Shown in pieces: positions 8,553-16,658 of a stretch of DNA of 39,472 nucleotides. Positions within the stretch are counted from its first letter, which is position 1. Each line of letters starts with the position of its first letter. The translations under genes and the position numbers were made by a program. Source of the DNA: a virus. Taxonomy: Duplodnaviria; Heunggongvirae; Uroviricota; Caudoviricetes. Location of the stretch: the IMG/VR virus record IMGVR_UViG_2695420732_000023; one strand, given 5' to 3'. Below the pieces are notes generated by a model, which ran no database searches, was not told the origin of the DNA, and worked only from the letters and a program-made list of their open reading frames with translations.

Positions 8553-9483
8553 ATTAACCGGCTATGTATGGGATGGTTGCGCAGCGTCAGGCATGAAATT
8601 ATCCAGCGTGGCAATTATGGCACGCCTGGCTGATTTCAGTAATGACGAAGGTGTGTGCTGGCCATCAATTGAAACCATTGCCCGCCAGATTGGCGCGGGG
8701 ATGAGTACCGTCAGAACGGCTATCGCACGGCTGGAAGCAGAAGGCTGGTTAACGCGTAAGGCGCGTCGCCAGGGTAACCGCAATGCGTCGAATGTTTATC
8801 AGCTTAACGTTGCGAAGCTTCAGGCTGCGGCTTTTTCTCAACTGTCAGATTCTGACCCGTCAAAATCTGACGCATCAAAATCTGACCCGTCAAAATTTGA
8901 TGCGTCGAAATCTGGCAAAAAAGCGGGTTTTCACCCGTCAGAATCTGGCGGGGATCCGTCAGTAAAATCAAAACATGATCCGTCAGATAAAAAAACTTCT
9001 CGTCCGGACGCTTCGCAACCGGACACGCGGAAGGCTGAACAGGATTTTTTAACTCGCCATCCTGATGCGGTTGTATTCAGCCCTAAAAAGCGCCAGTGGG
9101 GGACGCAGGATGATTTGACCTGCGCACAGTGGCTCTGGAAAAAAATCATCGCCCTGTACGAGCATGCCGCCGAATGTGACGGCGAGGTGGTTCGTCCCAA
9201 AGAACCGAACTGGACAGCCTGGGCAAACGAAATTCGCCTAATGTGTGTGCAGGATGGTCGTACTCATAAACAAATCTGCGAGATGTACAGCCGCGTCAGC
9301 CGCGATCCGTTCTGGTGCCGTAACGTGCTCAGCCCGTCGAAGCTGCGGGAAAAATGGGATGAGCTTTCCCTGCGCTTATCGCCGTCCGTCAGCACGTACA
9401 CCGAAAAACGCGAAGACCCGTACTTCAAAGCCAGTTACGACAACGTGGACTACAGCCAGATCCCGGCAGGATTCAGGGGGTGA
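8542..9483 (+). CDS. phage replication initiation protein (HTH N-terminal domain, O-like; contains iterons)
   Basis: 313-aa ORF after the immunity region; N-terminal winged-helix-like region; internal low-complexity PSKSDASKSD segment encoded by DNA direct repeats (iterons). Confidence 0.65.
   Translation: MSTKLTGYVWDGCAASGMKLSSVAIMARLADFSNDEGVCWPSIETIARQIGAGMSTVRTAIARLEAEGWLTRKARRQGNRNASNVYQLNVAKLQAAAFSQLSDSDPSKSDASKSDPSKFDASKSGKKAGFHPSESGGDPSVKSKHDPSDKKTSRPDASQPDTRKAEQDFLTRHPDAVVFSPKKRQWGTQDDLTCAQWLWKKIIALYEHAAECDGEVVRPKEPNWTAWANEIRLMCVQDGRTHKQICEMYSRVSRDPFWCRNVLSPSKLREKWDELSLRLSPSVSTYTEKREDPYFKASYDNVDYSQIPAGFRG
8845..8995. repeat. iteron-like direct repeats (CCGTCARAATCTG, at least 5 copies) followed by A-rich tract; candidate phage ori
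   Basis: copies seen at about 8847, 8868, 8887, 8934 and 8956, with looser copies near 8980; A-run at 8989-8996. Confidence 0.5.
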
Positions 9484-9485
9484 TC

Positions 9486-9974
9486 ATGAGTCTGTTAAAT
9501 GACGTTCAGAAATTCATTGAAGCCCATCCGGGGTGTACTTCCGGAGACATTGCGGATGCTTTTACAGGTTACTCACGGCAGCGCGTTCTGCAGTCAGCAA
9601 GCAAGTTACGTCAGAGTGGGCGTGTGGCTCACCGTTGTGAAGGAGATACACGCAGACATTTCCCGCGCCTGACTGAGAGAGCGCAGGAACCGGAACCACA
9701 ACCAGTTCGTGAAACCAGACCTGTGCGCAATTTCTATGTCGGCACTAACGATCCCCGTGTGATTTTGTGCCTGACCCGCCAGGCGGAAGAACTGGAGTCC
9801 AGGGGCTTATACCGTCGTGCTGCAACCGTGTGGATGGCGGCATTCCGTGAAAGCCACTCCCAGCCAGAACGAAACAATTTTCTGGCGCGTCGTGAGCGGT
9901 GCTTACGGAAAAGCAGCAAGCGCGCTGCATCGGGTGAAGAGTGGTATCTGTCAGGGAATTACGTGGGGGCTTAA
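9486..9974 (+). CDS. PerC/Pch-family transcriptional regulator-like protein
   Basis: segment AEELESRGLYRRAATVWMAAF resembles PerC-family motif by recall; ATG with GGGGG RBS; stop overlaps next start (TAATG). Confidence 0.45.
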   Translation: MSLLNDVQKFIEAHPGCTSGDIADAFTGYSRQRVLQSASKLRQSGRVAHRCEGDTRRHFPRLTERAQEPEPQPVRETRPVRNFYVGTNDPRVILCLTRQAEELESRGLYRRAATVWMAAFRESHSQPERNNFLARRERCLRKSSKRAASGEEWYLSGNYVGA

Positions 9975-10627
9975 TGAGTAATAAATATTGCCAGGCGCTG
10001 GTGGAACTGCGGAACAAACCAGCCCATGAACTGAAGGAAGTGGGCGATCAGTGGCGCACGCCGGACAACATTTTCTGGGGAATTAACACCCTGTTTGGCC
10101 CGTTTGTTCTGGATCTGTTCACTGACGGTGATAACGCCAAATGTGCCGCGTATTACACGGCGGAAGACAACGCGCTGGCGCATGACTGGTCAGAACGTCT
10201 TGCGGAGCTTAAAGGTGCTGCCTTTGGTAATCCCCCATACAGCCGCGCCAGTCAGCATGAGGGGCAATACATCACCGGCATGCGTTACATCATGAAACAT
10301 GCCAGTGCCATGCGTGATAAGGGCGGGCGCTATGTTTTCCTGATCAAAGCTGCCACCAGCGAAGTGTGGTGGCCGGAAGATGCAGATCATATTGCTTTTA
10401 TTCGCGGGCGTATTGGTTTTGAACTGCCTGTCTGGTTTATCCCGAAAGACGAGAAGCAGGTACCGACAGGAGCTTTTTTCGCTGGTGCTATTGCTGTTTT
10501 TGACAAGACCTGGAAGGGACCGGCAATCAGCTACATCGGGCGCGATGAACTTGAGGCATGTGGTGAGGCGTTTCTGGCGCAGGTTCGCCAGCAGGCGGAA
10601 AAACTGGTCAGGGAGATGGCGGCATGA
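9974..10627 (+). CDS. phage DNA N6-adenine methyltransferase (Dam-like)
   Basis: start MSNKYCQALVELRN...DQWRTPDNIF and catalytic FGNPPYS (NPPY) motif typical of phage Dam MTases. Confidence 0.8.
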   Translation: MSNKYCQALVELRNKPAHELKEVGDQWRTPDNIFWGINTLFGPFVLDLFTDGDNAKCAAYYTAEDNALAHDWSERLAELKGAAFGNPPYSRASQHEGQYITGMRYIMKHASAMRDKGGRYVFLIKAATSEVWWPEDADHIAFIRGRIGFELPVWFIPKDEKQVPTGAFFAGAIAVFDKTWKGPAISYIGRDELEACGEAFLAQVRQQAEKLVREMAA

Positions 10628-10950
10628 CGACGTTAACTCAATGCCAGCAGCAGGTGCTGGATATGCTGATTTCTTATCAGAAAGAACGTGGTTTCCCGCC
10701 AACCAATCAGGAGGTGGCAACCATGCTGGGATACCGTTCAGTGAATGCAGCGGTGGAGCATCTTCGCGCACTGGAGAAAAAAGGTGTCATCACGATAAAG
10801 CGTGGCGTGGCCCGGGGGATAACGCTTCATACCGCGGTGAAGGACGACGACAGCGAGGCGGTCGGGATTATCCGCTCACTGCTTGCTGGTGAGGAAAACG
10901 CAAGGCTGCGTGCAACCCACTGGTTACATGAGAGAGGCCTGAAAGCATGA
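10624..10950 (+). CDS. LexA N-terminal DNA-binding-domain-like protein (no peptidase domain)
   Basis: 108-aa ORF; QQQVLDMLISYQKERGFPPTNQEVATMLGYRSVNAAVEHLRALEKKGVI resembles LexA winged-helix domain; overlapping start/stop with neighbours. Confidence 0.5.
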   Translation: MTTLTQCQQQVLDMLISYQKERGFPPTNQEVATMLGYRSVNAAVEHLRALEKKGVITIKRGVARGITLHTAVKDDDSEAVGIIRSLLAGEENARLRATHWLHERGLKA

Positions 10951-11336
10951 AGCTGATCCTGCCTTTTCCGCCCAGCGTGAACACGTACTGGCGACACCCC
11001 AACAAAGGGGCGTTTGCAGGTAAGAGCCTGATAAGCGCGGCGGGGCGAAAATTCCAGAGCGCGGCGTGCGCAGCAATAGTTGAGCAGTTACGTCGTCTGC
11101 CGAAACCAATGTCGACACCTTCTGCAGTGGAGATCGTGTTGTTTCCTCCGGATAACCGGATCCGCGATCTGGACAACTATAACAAGGCGCTGTTTGACGC
11201 CCTGACCCACGCGGGTGTGTGGGAAGACGACAGTCAGGTGAAAAGAATGCTGGTTGAGTGGGGACCGGTTATCCCGAAAGGGAAGGTCGAGATCACTATC
11301 AGTAAGTTCGAGAAAACGGCGGGTGCAGCCGCCTGA
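10947..11336 (+). CDS. rusA: RusA-family Holliday junction resolvase
   Basis: 129-aa; LPFPPSVNTYWRH ... DLDNYNKALFDALTHAGVWEDDSQV matches RusA signature by recall. Confidence 0.85.
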   Translation: MKLILPFPPSVNTYWRHPNKGAFAGKSLISAAGRKFQSAACAAIVEQLRRLPKPMSTPSAVEIVLFPPDNRIRDLDNYNKALFDALTHAGVWEDDSQVKRMLVEWGPVIPKGKVEITISKFEKTAGAAA

Positions 11337-11355
11337 TTAAGAGGAGAAACGAAGT

Positions 11356-12153
11356 ATGAATAATCTGATGGTCATTGATGGTATTGAAGTTCGTCGTGAT
11401 GCTTATGGGCGTTACAGCCTGAACGATCTGCACAGGGCTGCCGGTTCTCTGGATAAGCATAAGCCTGCATTCTGGCTCCGCAATGAGCAAACTGAACGTT
11501 TAATAAGCGAGTTGCAGATTTGCAACTCGGTCAATATAGAGCCAGTTAACGTTATTCGTGGCGGAAATAACCAGGGGACGTATGTCTGCAAAGAACTGGT
11601 GTATGCCTATGCAATGTGGATCAGCCCGTCATTCCATCTGAAGGTGATCCGTACTTTCGACATGGTAACCAGCGCACCTGAAAAATTATCCGGACAGGCT
11701 GCTGACAAGATGCAGGCTGGCGTGATTCTGCTGGACTTTATGCGCCGGGAGTTAAATCTGTCTAACTCTTCAGTGCTTGGAGCCTGTCAGAAACTTCAGG
11801 AGGCTGTTGGCTTACCGAATCTGGCACCGCGCTATGCCATTGATGCTCCTGCTGATGCACACGATGGCTCAAGTCGCCCGACACTGTCACTGAGTGCACT
11901 GCTGAAACAGTATGGTATCCGCCTGACGGCTAATCAGGCATATCACCAGATGGTGAAGCTGGGGATCGTCGAGCAGCGCGAACGATACAGCCGTACCGCG
12001 ATTAACAACATCAAAAAATTCTGGTCGCTGACAGCGAAAGGCTGCATGTTCGGCAAGAACATCACCAGTCCCGCAAATCCGCGCGAGACGCAGCCGCACT
12101 TTTTCGAATCCCGATTCCCTGAGCTGTTAAAGCTGCTCGATACCGTTCATTGA
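11356..12153 (+). CDS. KilA-N domain protein (antirepressor-like)
   Basis: N-terminus VIDGIEVRRDAYGRYSLNDLHRAAG...KPAFWLRNEQT typical of KilA-N DNA-binding domain; AGGAG RBS. Confidence 0.6.
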   Translation: MNNLMVIDGIEVRRDAYGRYSLNDLHRAAGSLDKHKPAFWLRNEQTERLISELQICNSVNIEPVNVIRGGNNQGTYVCKELVYAYAMWISPSFHLKVIRTFDMVTSAPEKLSGQAADKMQAGVILLDFMRRELNLSNSSVLGACQKLQEAVGLPNLAPRYAIDAPADAHDGSSRPTLSLSALLKQYGIRLTANQAYHQMVKLGIVEQRERYSRTAINNIKKFWSLTAKGCMFGKNITSPANPRETQPHFFESRFPELLKLLDTVH

Positions 12154-12154
12154 G

Positions 12155-13150
12155 GTGACCGTGAGAGCACTACTGACCCCTGAAATTGCCCCGCGTATGG
12201 GGATCGTATTGTTCAGACCAGGTTCAGAGCTGATGCCCCTGTTTATGCAGGGGCGTGTCCTGCTGGAGCCTGAGCCGGAACGTTATTCATCTTTTGCCAG
12301 TGGTGCCGTTCCGGCGGCATCACAACCGCTGGCGGATGATCCTGCCGTTCGGGCCGTGTTCCGCAATGAGGCAGTGATCCGTCGTGCTGGTGGAGTGGAA
12401 TGTCTTGAAAGCTGGTTACTTCGTGAAAAAGGCTGCCAATGGCCTCATTCCGACTGGCACAGCGAGAACATGACCACAATGCGACACGCGCCGGGCGCAA
12501 TCCGTCTGTGCTGGCACTGCGATAACCAGCTGCGCGATCAGTTCACGGAACGGCTGGAATCAATGGCAACGGATAACTGTGCCCGCTGGGTGTTATCTGT
12601 TGTGCGCCGTGATCTCGGTTTTGATGATAGTCACGTTGTAACAATGCCGGAACTGTGCTGGTGGCTGGTTCGTAATGACCTGGCTGATGCCTTACCGGAA
12701 AGTGCAGCCCGTAAGGCACTGAGATTACCTAAGCCTGTTGTGCCGTCTGTCACCCGGGAGAGTGACCTTGTTCCTTCGGTTCCTGCCACCAGCATTATCC
12801 AGGATAAAGCGAAAAAGGTGCTGGCGCTGAAAGTGGATCCAGAGTCGCCGGAGTCTTTTATGTTACGCCCAAAATGTCGCCGCTGGGTTAATGAAAAGTA
12901 CACGCGCTGGGTTAAGACACAGCCGTGTGCATGTTGTGGAAAGCCTGCTGATGATCCCCACCACCTGATAGGCCACGGTCAGGGTGGAATGGGTACAAAA
13001 GCGCATGACCTCTTTGTGTTGCCTTTGTGCAGAAAGCATCACGACGAGCTGCATGCGGATACCGTGGCATTTGAAGAGAAGTATGGCTCCCAGCTGGAGC
13101 TGATATTTCGTTTTATCGATCGTGCGCTGGAAATAGGCGTGCTGGCCTGA
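12155..13150 (+). CDS. DUF968-like protein with C-terminal Cys/His (HNH-like) motif
   Basis: 331-aa ORF; C-terminal CACCGKPADDPHHLIGHG...CRKHHDELH; position upstream of Q as for Qin ydfU-type genes; start codon uncertain (GTG at 12155). Confidence 0.5.
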   Translation: MTVRALLTPEIAPRMGIVLFRPGSELMPLFMQGRVLLEPEPERYSSFASGAVPAASQPLADDPAVRAVFRNEAVIRRAGGVECLESWLLREKGCQWPHSDWHSENMTTMRHAPGAIRLCWHCDNQLRDQFTERLESMATDNCARWVLSVVRRDLGFDDSHVVTMPELCWWLVRNDLADALPESAARKALRLPKPVVPSVTRESDLVPSVPATSIIQDKAKKVLALKVDPESPESFMLRPKCRRWVNEKYTRWVKTQPCACCGKPADDPHHLIGHGQGGMGTKAHDLFVLPLCRKHHDELHADTVAFEEKYGSQLELIFRFIDRALEIGVLA

Positions 13151-13167
13151 TTTTGTGGAGAAATTTG

Positions 13168-13533
13168 ATGCGTGATATTCAGATCATCCTTGAACGTTGG
13201 GGGGCATGGGCAGCTAGTGATAGCTCAGGAGTGGACTATTCGCCTATAGCTGCTGGGTTTAAGGGACTTCTTCCCTATACCAGTAAGGCACGCCAAGCTT
13301 GTTCAGATAATGATGCGCTAATTATTGAAAGTTGCTTGGAGCAACTAAAAAAAAGAAAACCTTATGAGCATTCTCTACTGGTTGCGCATTATTTGTACGG
13401 GTTTTCAAAGCGGAAGATTGCCAAAGTACAAGGAAAGGATGAGAAATTAATCCGTATAGAAATATTGTTAGCAGAGGGATTCATTGATGGTTGCCTTTCT
13501 ACTCTCGATATTCATTTAGATATGGAGTTATAA
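13168..13533 (+). CDS. late-gene antiterminator Q (QuuD-like small Q family)
   Basis: MRDIQIILERWGAWAA...IAAGFKGLL...LDIHLDMEL resembles DLP12 QuuD by recall; GGAG RBS 7 nt upstream of ATG at 13168; position before lysis genes. Confidence 0.7.
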   Translation: MRDIQIILERWGAWAASDSSGVDYSPIAAGFKGLLPYTSKARQACSDNDALIIESCLEQLKKRKPYEHSLLVAHYLYGFSKRKIAKVQGKDEKLIRIEILLAEGFIDGCLSTLDIHLDMEL

Positions 13534-13542
13534 TAAAAATAA

Positions 13543-13567
13543 CCCCGTAAACTTTATGTTTACGGGG
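13543..13567. terminator. bidirectional rho-independent terminator between convergent Q and TIR-like gene
   Basis: perfect 10-bp stem CCCCGTAAAC/GTTTACGGGG with 5-nt loop, A-run upstream and T-run downstream. Confidence 0.6.
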
Positions 13568-13572
13568 GAAGG

Positions 13573-14388
13573 TTATTTCTTTTTTTTATTACTTTCAGAT
13601 AATCGTCGGTTTAATGTGTATTTTATTTGGTTCCTAATCATTTTTTCAGGAATGTCATATTTGTCTAAGAATGATATTATTTCATCCTCGTCAAGCAATC
13701 CATTCTTTATAATTTCATCTATCTGTTTTTGTAGATACCAAACATCCTTCTGTTCTACAGGAGTTAAATTCATATGGCTATTTATGGAGTTGATAGTAGC
13801 ATCACGTTCAAGAACTCTAATCCTTTGATTTAATGAACGAGTGTTTTGTAATATTTCAGATAAAAGATCTTGTTCAGTACGTGGTTTTACTTCTTCAGTT
13901 GGAGGGTATTGATCTAAAGCTCGTTTAAAATTTTTTTCAAATTGCTCCCAGTATGTATTAAAAACTTGCTTTAGAATACGGTCATCTAAAGATTTATCGA
14001 CAAGACAATTGTTTATTGTCCTTACTAATTCCCAAACACTCTCTTTATTTGGCGTTGTGTGATTGAATTGAGCAAGTGGATCTTTTAAATCTTCTGGTTT
14101 TAAGTCAATCAAGAATGTACAAACTTTATTTGTTGAAAGTCCTTTTGCTAGTGCTCCTGTTTCAAACAAAATCCATGGTTTATTTTTATTTTCTTGTGTC
14201 AAACATACAATGCCGACAGATACATCTTTTAATTTATCATTAATTTCAGAGAACCATATAGCGCCACGATCAATATCTCTGGTTGAAATCCATGGCTGCG
14301 AAGCTTGGATAACACACTTCAGCCAGTCGCTAATAAGTTCTGCAACAGCTTGACTTCTTTGCCCAGACCAACTTATGAACACTTTCAT
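13573..14388 (-). CDS. TIR-like domain protein (N-terminal TIR-like fold, C-terminal domain of unknown function); candidate antiphage defence moron
   Basis: start MKVFISWSGQRSQAVAELISDWL (FISWSG motif typical of bacterial TIR-like domains), later WILFETGAL with candidate catalytic Glu; visibly AT-rich versus flanks; opposite strand to all neighbouring late genes; GGAG RBS. Confidence 0.65.
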   Translation of the reverse strand: MKVFISWSGQRSQAVAELISDWLKCVIQASQPWISTRDIDRGAIWFSEINDKLKDVSVGIVCLTQENKNKPWILFETGALAKGLSTNKVCTFLIDLKPEDLKDPLAQFNHTTPNKESVWELVRTINNCLVDKSLDDRILKQVFNTYWEQFEKNFKRALDQYPPTEEVKPRTEQDLLSEILQNTRSLNQRIRVLERDATINSINSHMNLTPVEQKDVWYLQKQIDEIIKNGLLDEDEIISFLDKYDIPEKMIRNQIKYTLNRRLSESNKKKK

Positions 14389-14512
14389 TATGTACTCCAT
14401 GTAATCACTCAAAAGGGACTGAAATTTACATTAAAAATTAAATAAAATCACTCACGCGGTCCGCAGAAACCATTGTAATCTGTTATGAGTGGTTACTTCG
14501 CCACACAACTTA

Positions 14513-14538
14513 AACCCGCCGTCGAGCGGGTTTTGTCG
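14513..14538 (+). terminator. tR'-like intrinsic terminator upstream of holin (candidate Q-antiterminated terminator)
   Basis: AACCCGC-cgtcga-GCGGGTT followed by TTTTG; lies between Q-proximal region and lysis cassette. Confidence 0.45.
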
Positions 14539-14685
14539 TTTCTGGGCCTAGGGATTAATTGCTTCTGCCCTATCCCGCAGTTATCCATTGGCTCGGCTTC
14601 TTTTACGTTTCCGCTTCTGATTTGCGGTTCGTGGTACACCCTCAATTTGCACCTCCTTTATCGGCGAGGTGAGAGATAACTACAA

Positions 14686-15012
14686 ATGCCTCATAACCCA
14701 AATACCTGGCTGGAGTTGTTCCAGAGCTGGTGGCGTGGAGACACACCACTGGGCGCAGTAATTATGTCGATCGTTATGGCTGGCTTGCGCATTGCCTATT
14801 TTGGCGGTGGTGGTGGCTGGAAGCGAAAAACGCTCGAGATTTTTCTCTGTGGCGCTCTGACACTGACTTTTGCATCCGCTCTTGAGTATGTCGGATGGCC
14901 TAAATCTCTTTCTGTTGCCATTGGTGGCGGCGTTGGGCTGATCGGGGTCGATGCTATTCGTGGTGCGGCAATGAGAGTAATCGGTAACAAGTTTGGTAGC
15001 TCGAAGGAGTAA
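14686..15012 (+). CDS. putative holin
   Basis: 108-aa ORF immediately upstream of endolysin; hydrophobic segments (VIMSIVMAGLRIAYFGGGGG, LCGALTLTFASALEYVGW, VAIGGGVGLIGV) and charged C-terminus. Confidence 0.6.
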   Translation: MPHNPNTWLELFQSWWRGDTPLGAVIMSIVMAGLRIAYFGGGGGWKRKTLEIFLCGALTLTFASALEYVGWPKSLSVAIGGGVGLIGVDAIRGAAMRVIGNKFGSSKE

Positions 15013-15015
15013 TTT

Positions 15016-15492
15016 ATGCAGGCACTAAATTCCCAGCGTAAAGCTTTCCTCGATATGGTGGCATGGTCAGAAGGAACGGATAACGGACGGCAAAAAACCA
15101 GAAATCATGGTTATGACGTCATTGTAGGCGGAGAGCTATTTACTGATTACTCCGATCATCCTCGCAAACTTGTCACACTAAACCCAAAACTAAAATCAAC
15201 AGCCGCCGGACGTTATCAGCTTCTTTCACGCTGGTGGGATGCTTATCGTAAGCAGCTTGCTCTGAAAGACTTCTCTCCGAAAAGCCAGGACGCTGTGGCA
15301 TTGCAGCAGATTAAGGAGCGTGGCGCTTTACCGATGATTGATCGCGGTGATATTCGTCAGGCAATTGACCGTTGCAGCAATATCTGGGCTTCACTGCCGG
15401 GCGCTGGTTATGGTCAGTTCGAGCATAAGGCTGACAGCCTGATTGCAAAATTCAAAGAAGCAGGCGGAACGGTCAGAGAGATTGAGGTATGA
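15016..15492 (+). CDS. R: endolysin, lambda R-type lytic transglycosylase
   Basis: 158-aa; [33 protein letters not shown]... matches lambda R nearly throughout by recall; AAGGAG RBS. Confidence 0.9.
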   Translation: MQALNSQRKAFLDMVAWSEGTDNGRQKTRNHGYDVIVGGELFTDYSDHPRKLVTLNPKLKSTAAGRYQLLSRWWDAYRKQLALKDFSPKSQDAVALQQIKERGALPMIDRGDIRQAIDRCSNIWASLPGAGYGQFEHKADSLIAKFKEAGGTVREIEV

Positions 15493-15950
15493 GCAGAGTA
15501 ACCGCGATTATCTCCGCTCTGGTTATCTGCATCATCGTCTGCTTGTCATGGGCTGTTAATCATTACCGCGATAACGCCATTACCTACAAAGCCCAGCGCG
15601 ACAAAAATGCCAGAGAACTGAAGCTGGCGAACTCGACAATTACTGACATGCAGGTGCGCCAGCGTGATGTTGCTGCGCTCGATGCAAAATACACGAAGGA
15701 GTTAGCTGATGCGAAAGCTGAAAATGATGCTCTGCGTGATGATGTTGCCGCTGGTCGTCGTCGGTTGCACATCAAAGCAGTCTGTCAGTCAGTGCGTGAA
15801 GCCACCACCGCCTCCGGCATGGATAATGCAGCCTCCCCCCGACTGGCAGACACCGCTGAACGGGATTATTTCACCCTCAGAGAGAGGCTGATCACTATGC
15901 AAAAACAACTGGAAGGAACCCAGAAGTATATTAATGAGCAGTGCAGATAG
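15489..15950 (+). CDS. Rz: i-spanin Rz
   Basis: 153-aa; N-terminal TM ([19 protein letters not shown]) and coiled-coil region; matches lambda Rz by recall; overlaps R stop. Confidence 0.88.
   Translation: MSRVTAIISALVICIIVCLSWAVNHYRDNAITYKAQRDKNARELKLANSTITDMQVRQRDVAALDAKYTKELADAKAENDALRDDVAAGRRRLHIKAVCQSVREATTASGMDNAASPRLADTAERDYFTLRERLITMQKQLEGTQKYINEQCR
15709..15891 (+). CDS. Rz1: o-spanin Rz1 (lipoprotein, embedded in Rz in +1 frame)
   Basis: 60-aa; lipobox LVVVGC then proline-rich [15 protein letters not shown]; AAGGAG RBS inside Rz. Confidence 0.85.
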   Translation: MRKLKMMLCVMMLPLVVVGCTSKQSVSQCVKPPPPPAWIMQPPPDWQTPLNGIISPSERG

Positions 15951-15981
15951 AGCTGCCCATATCGATGGGCAACTCATGCAA

Positions 15982-16275
15982 TTATTGTGAGCAATACACA
16001 CGTGCTTCCAGCGGAGTATAAATGCCTAAAGTAATAAAACCGAGCAATCCATTTACGAATGTTTGCTGGGTTTCTGTTTTAACCACATTTTCTGCGCCGC
16101 CACAAATTTTGGCTGCATCAACAGTTTTCTCCTGTCCAATTCCCGAAACGAAGAAATGATGGGTGATGGTTTCCTTTGGTGTTACTGCTGTCGGTTTGTT
16201 TCCAACAGTAAACGTCTGTTGAGCACATCCTGTAATAAGCATTGCCAGAGCGGCAGAAAACAACATTTTTTTCAT
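15982..16275 (-). CDS. bor: Bor outer-membrane lipoprotein (serum resistance)
   Basis: 97-aa from MKKMLFSAALAMLITGCAQQ (lipobox); matches lambda Bor by recall; track ORF trimmed to ATG at 16275 with AGGA RBS. Confidence 0.88.
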   Translation of the reverse strand: MKKMLFSAALAMLITGCAQQTFTVGNKPTAVTPKETITHHFFVSGIGQEKTVDAAKICGGAENVVKTETQQTFVNGLLGFITLGIYTPLEARVYCSQ

Positions 16276-16455
16276 CTTATTATCCTGCATTGTTAAAAAC
16301 GGCAGAATCCTATGTGACAACAATTAAACGATAGTTAAATGGATTGATGAAAATTAAAACTATATAGGTGTACGGTCAGACTATTGGAGGTAGTCAGGAT
16401 TTGAATGTCAGTCTGTTGTCGGCATTCTGGCAATGCAATTTGGATAAAGCGGGGA

Positions 16456-16578
16456 TTAAAAAGATAGAGGCGAGCCGGTCAGGTAGAAATGAATCAGGCT
16501 TAAAGTGAAGCGGAAAAGGTCTGTGGCACAAGCTGATGCAGCCATAATTACAGCCTGATGATTTGTGGAATGAAACAT
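16456..16578 (-). CDS. hypothetical 40-aa ORF with strong Shine-Dalgarno (below track size cutoff)
   Basis: TAAGGAGGT 6 nt upstream of ATG at 16578; translation MFHSTNHQAVIMAASACATDLFRFTLSLIHFYLTGSPLSF. Confidence 0.3.
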   Translation of the reverse strand: MFHSTNHQAVIMAASACATDLFRFTLSLIHFYLTGSPLSF

Positions 16579-16658
16579 GTTGAACCTCCTTAATTGATGT
16601 TATTCGAGTGATGAAGGCATTCTGTCCTTCTATAGTGTCCAGTAAATCAAACAGGAAA

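Noticed and set aside
8845-8995. Possible CRISPR array from short direct repeats
   Set aside because: Repeats are ~13 bp, imperfect, lie inside a coding sequence with almost no spacers, and no cas genes are present; iterons fit better.
13573-14388. Canonical Thoeris system (ThsA plus ThsB)
   Set aside because: Only a single TIR-like gene is present; no SIR2/Macro/SLOG-type partner is adjacent on either side.
13534-14685. Shiga toxin or other known toxin moron at the Q-S position
   Set aside because: The only ORF in the interval is the TIR-like gene on the opposite strand; no stxA/stxB-like A-B pair.
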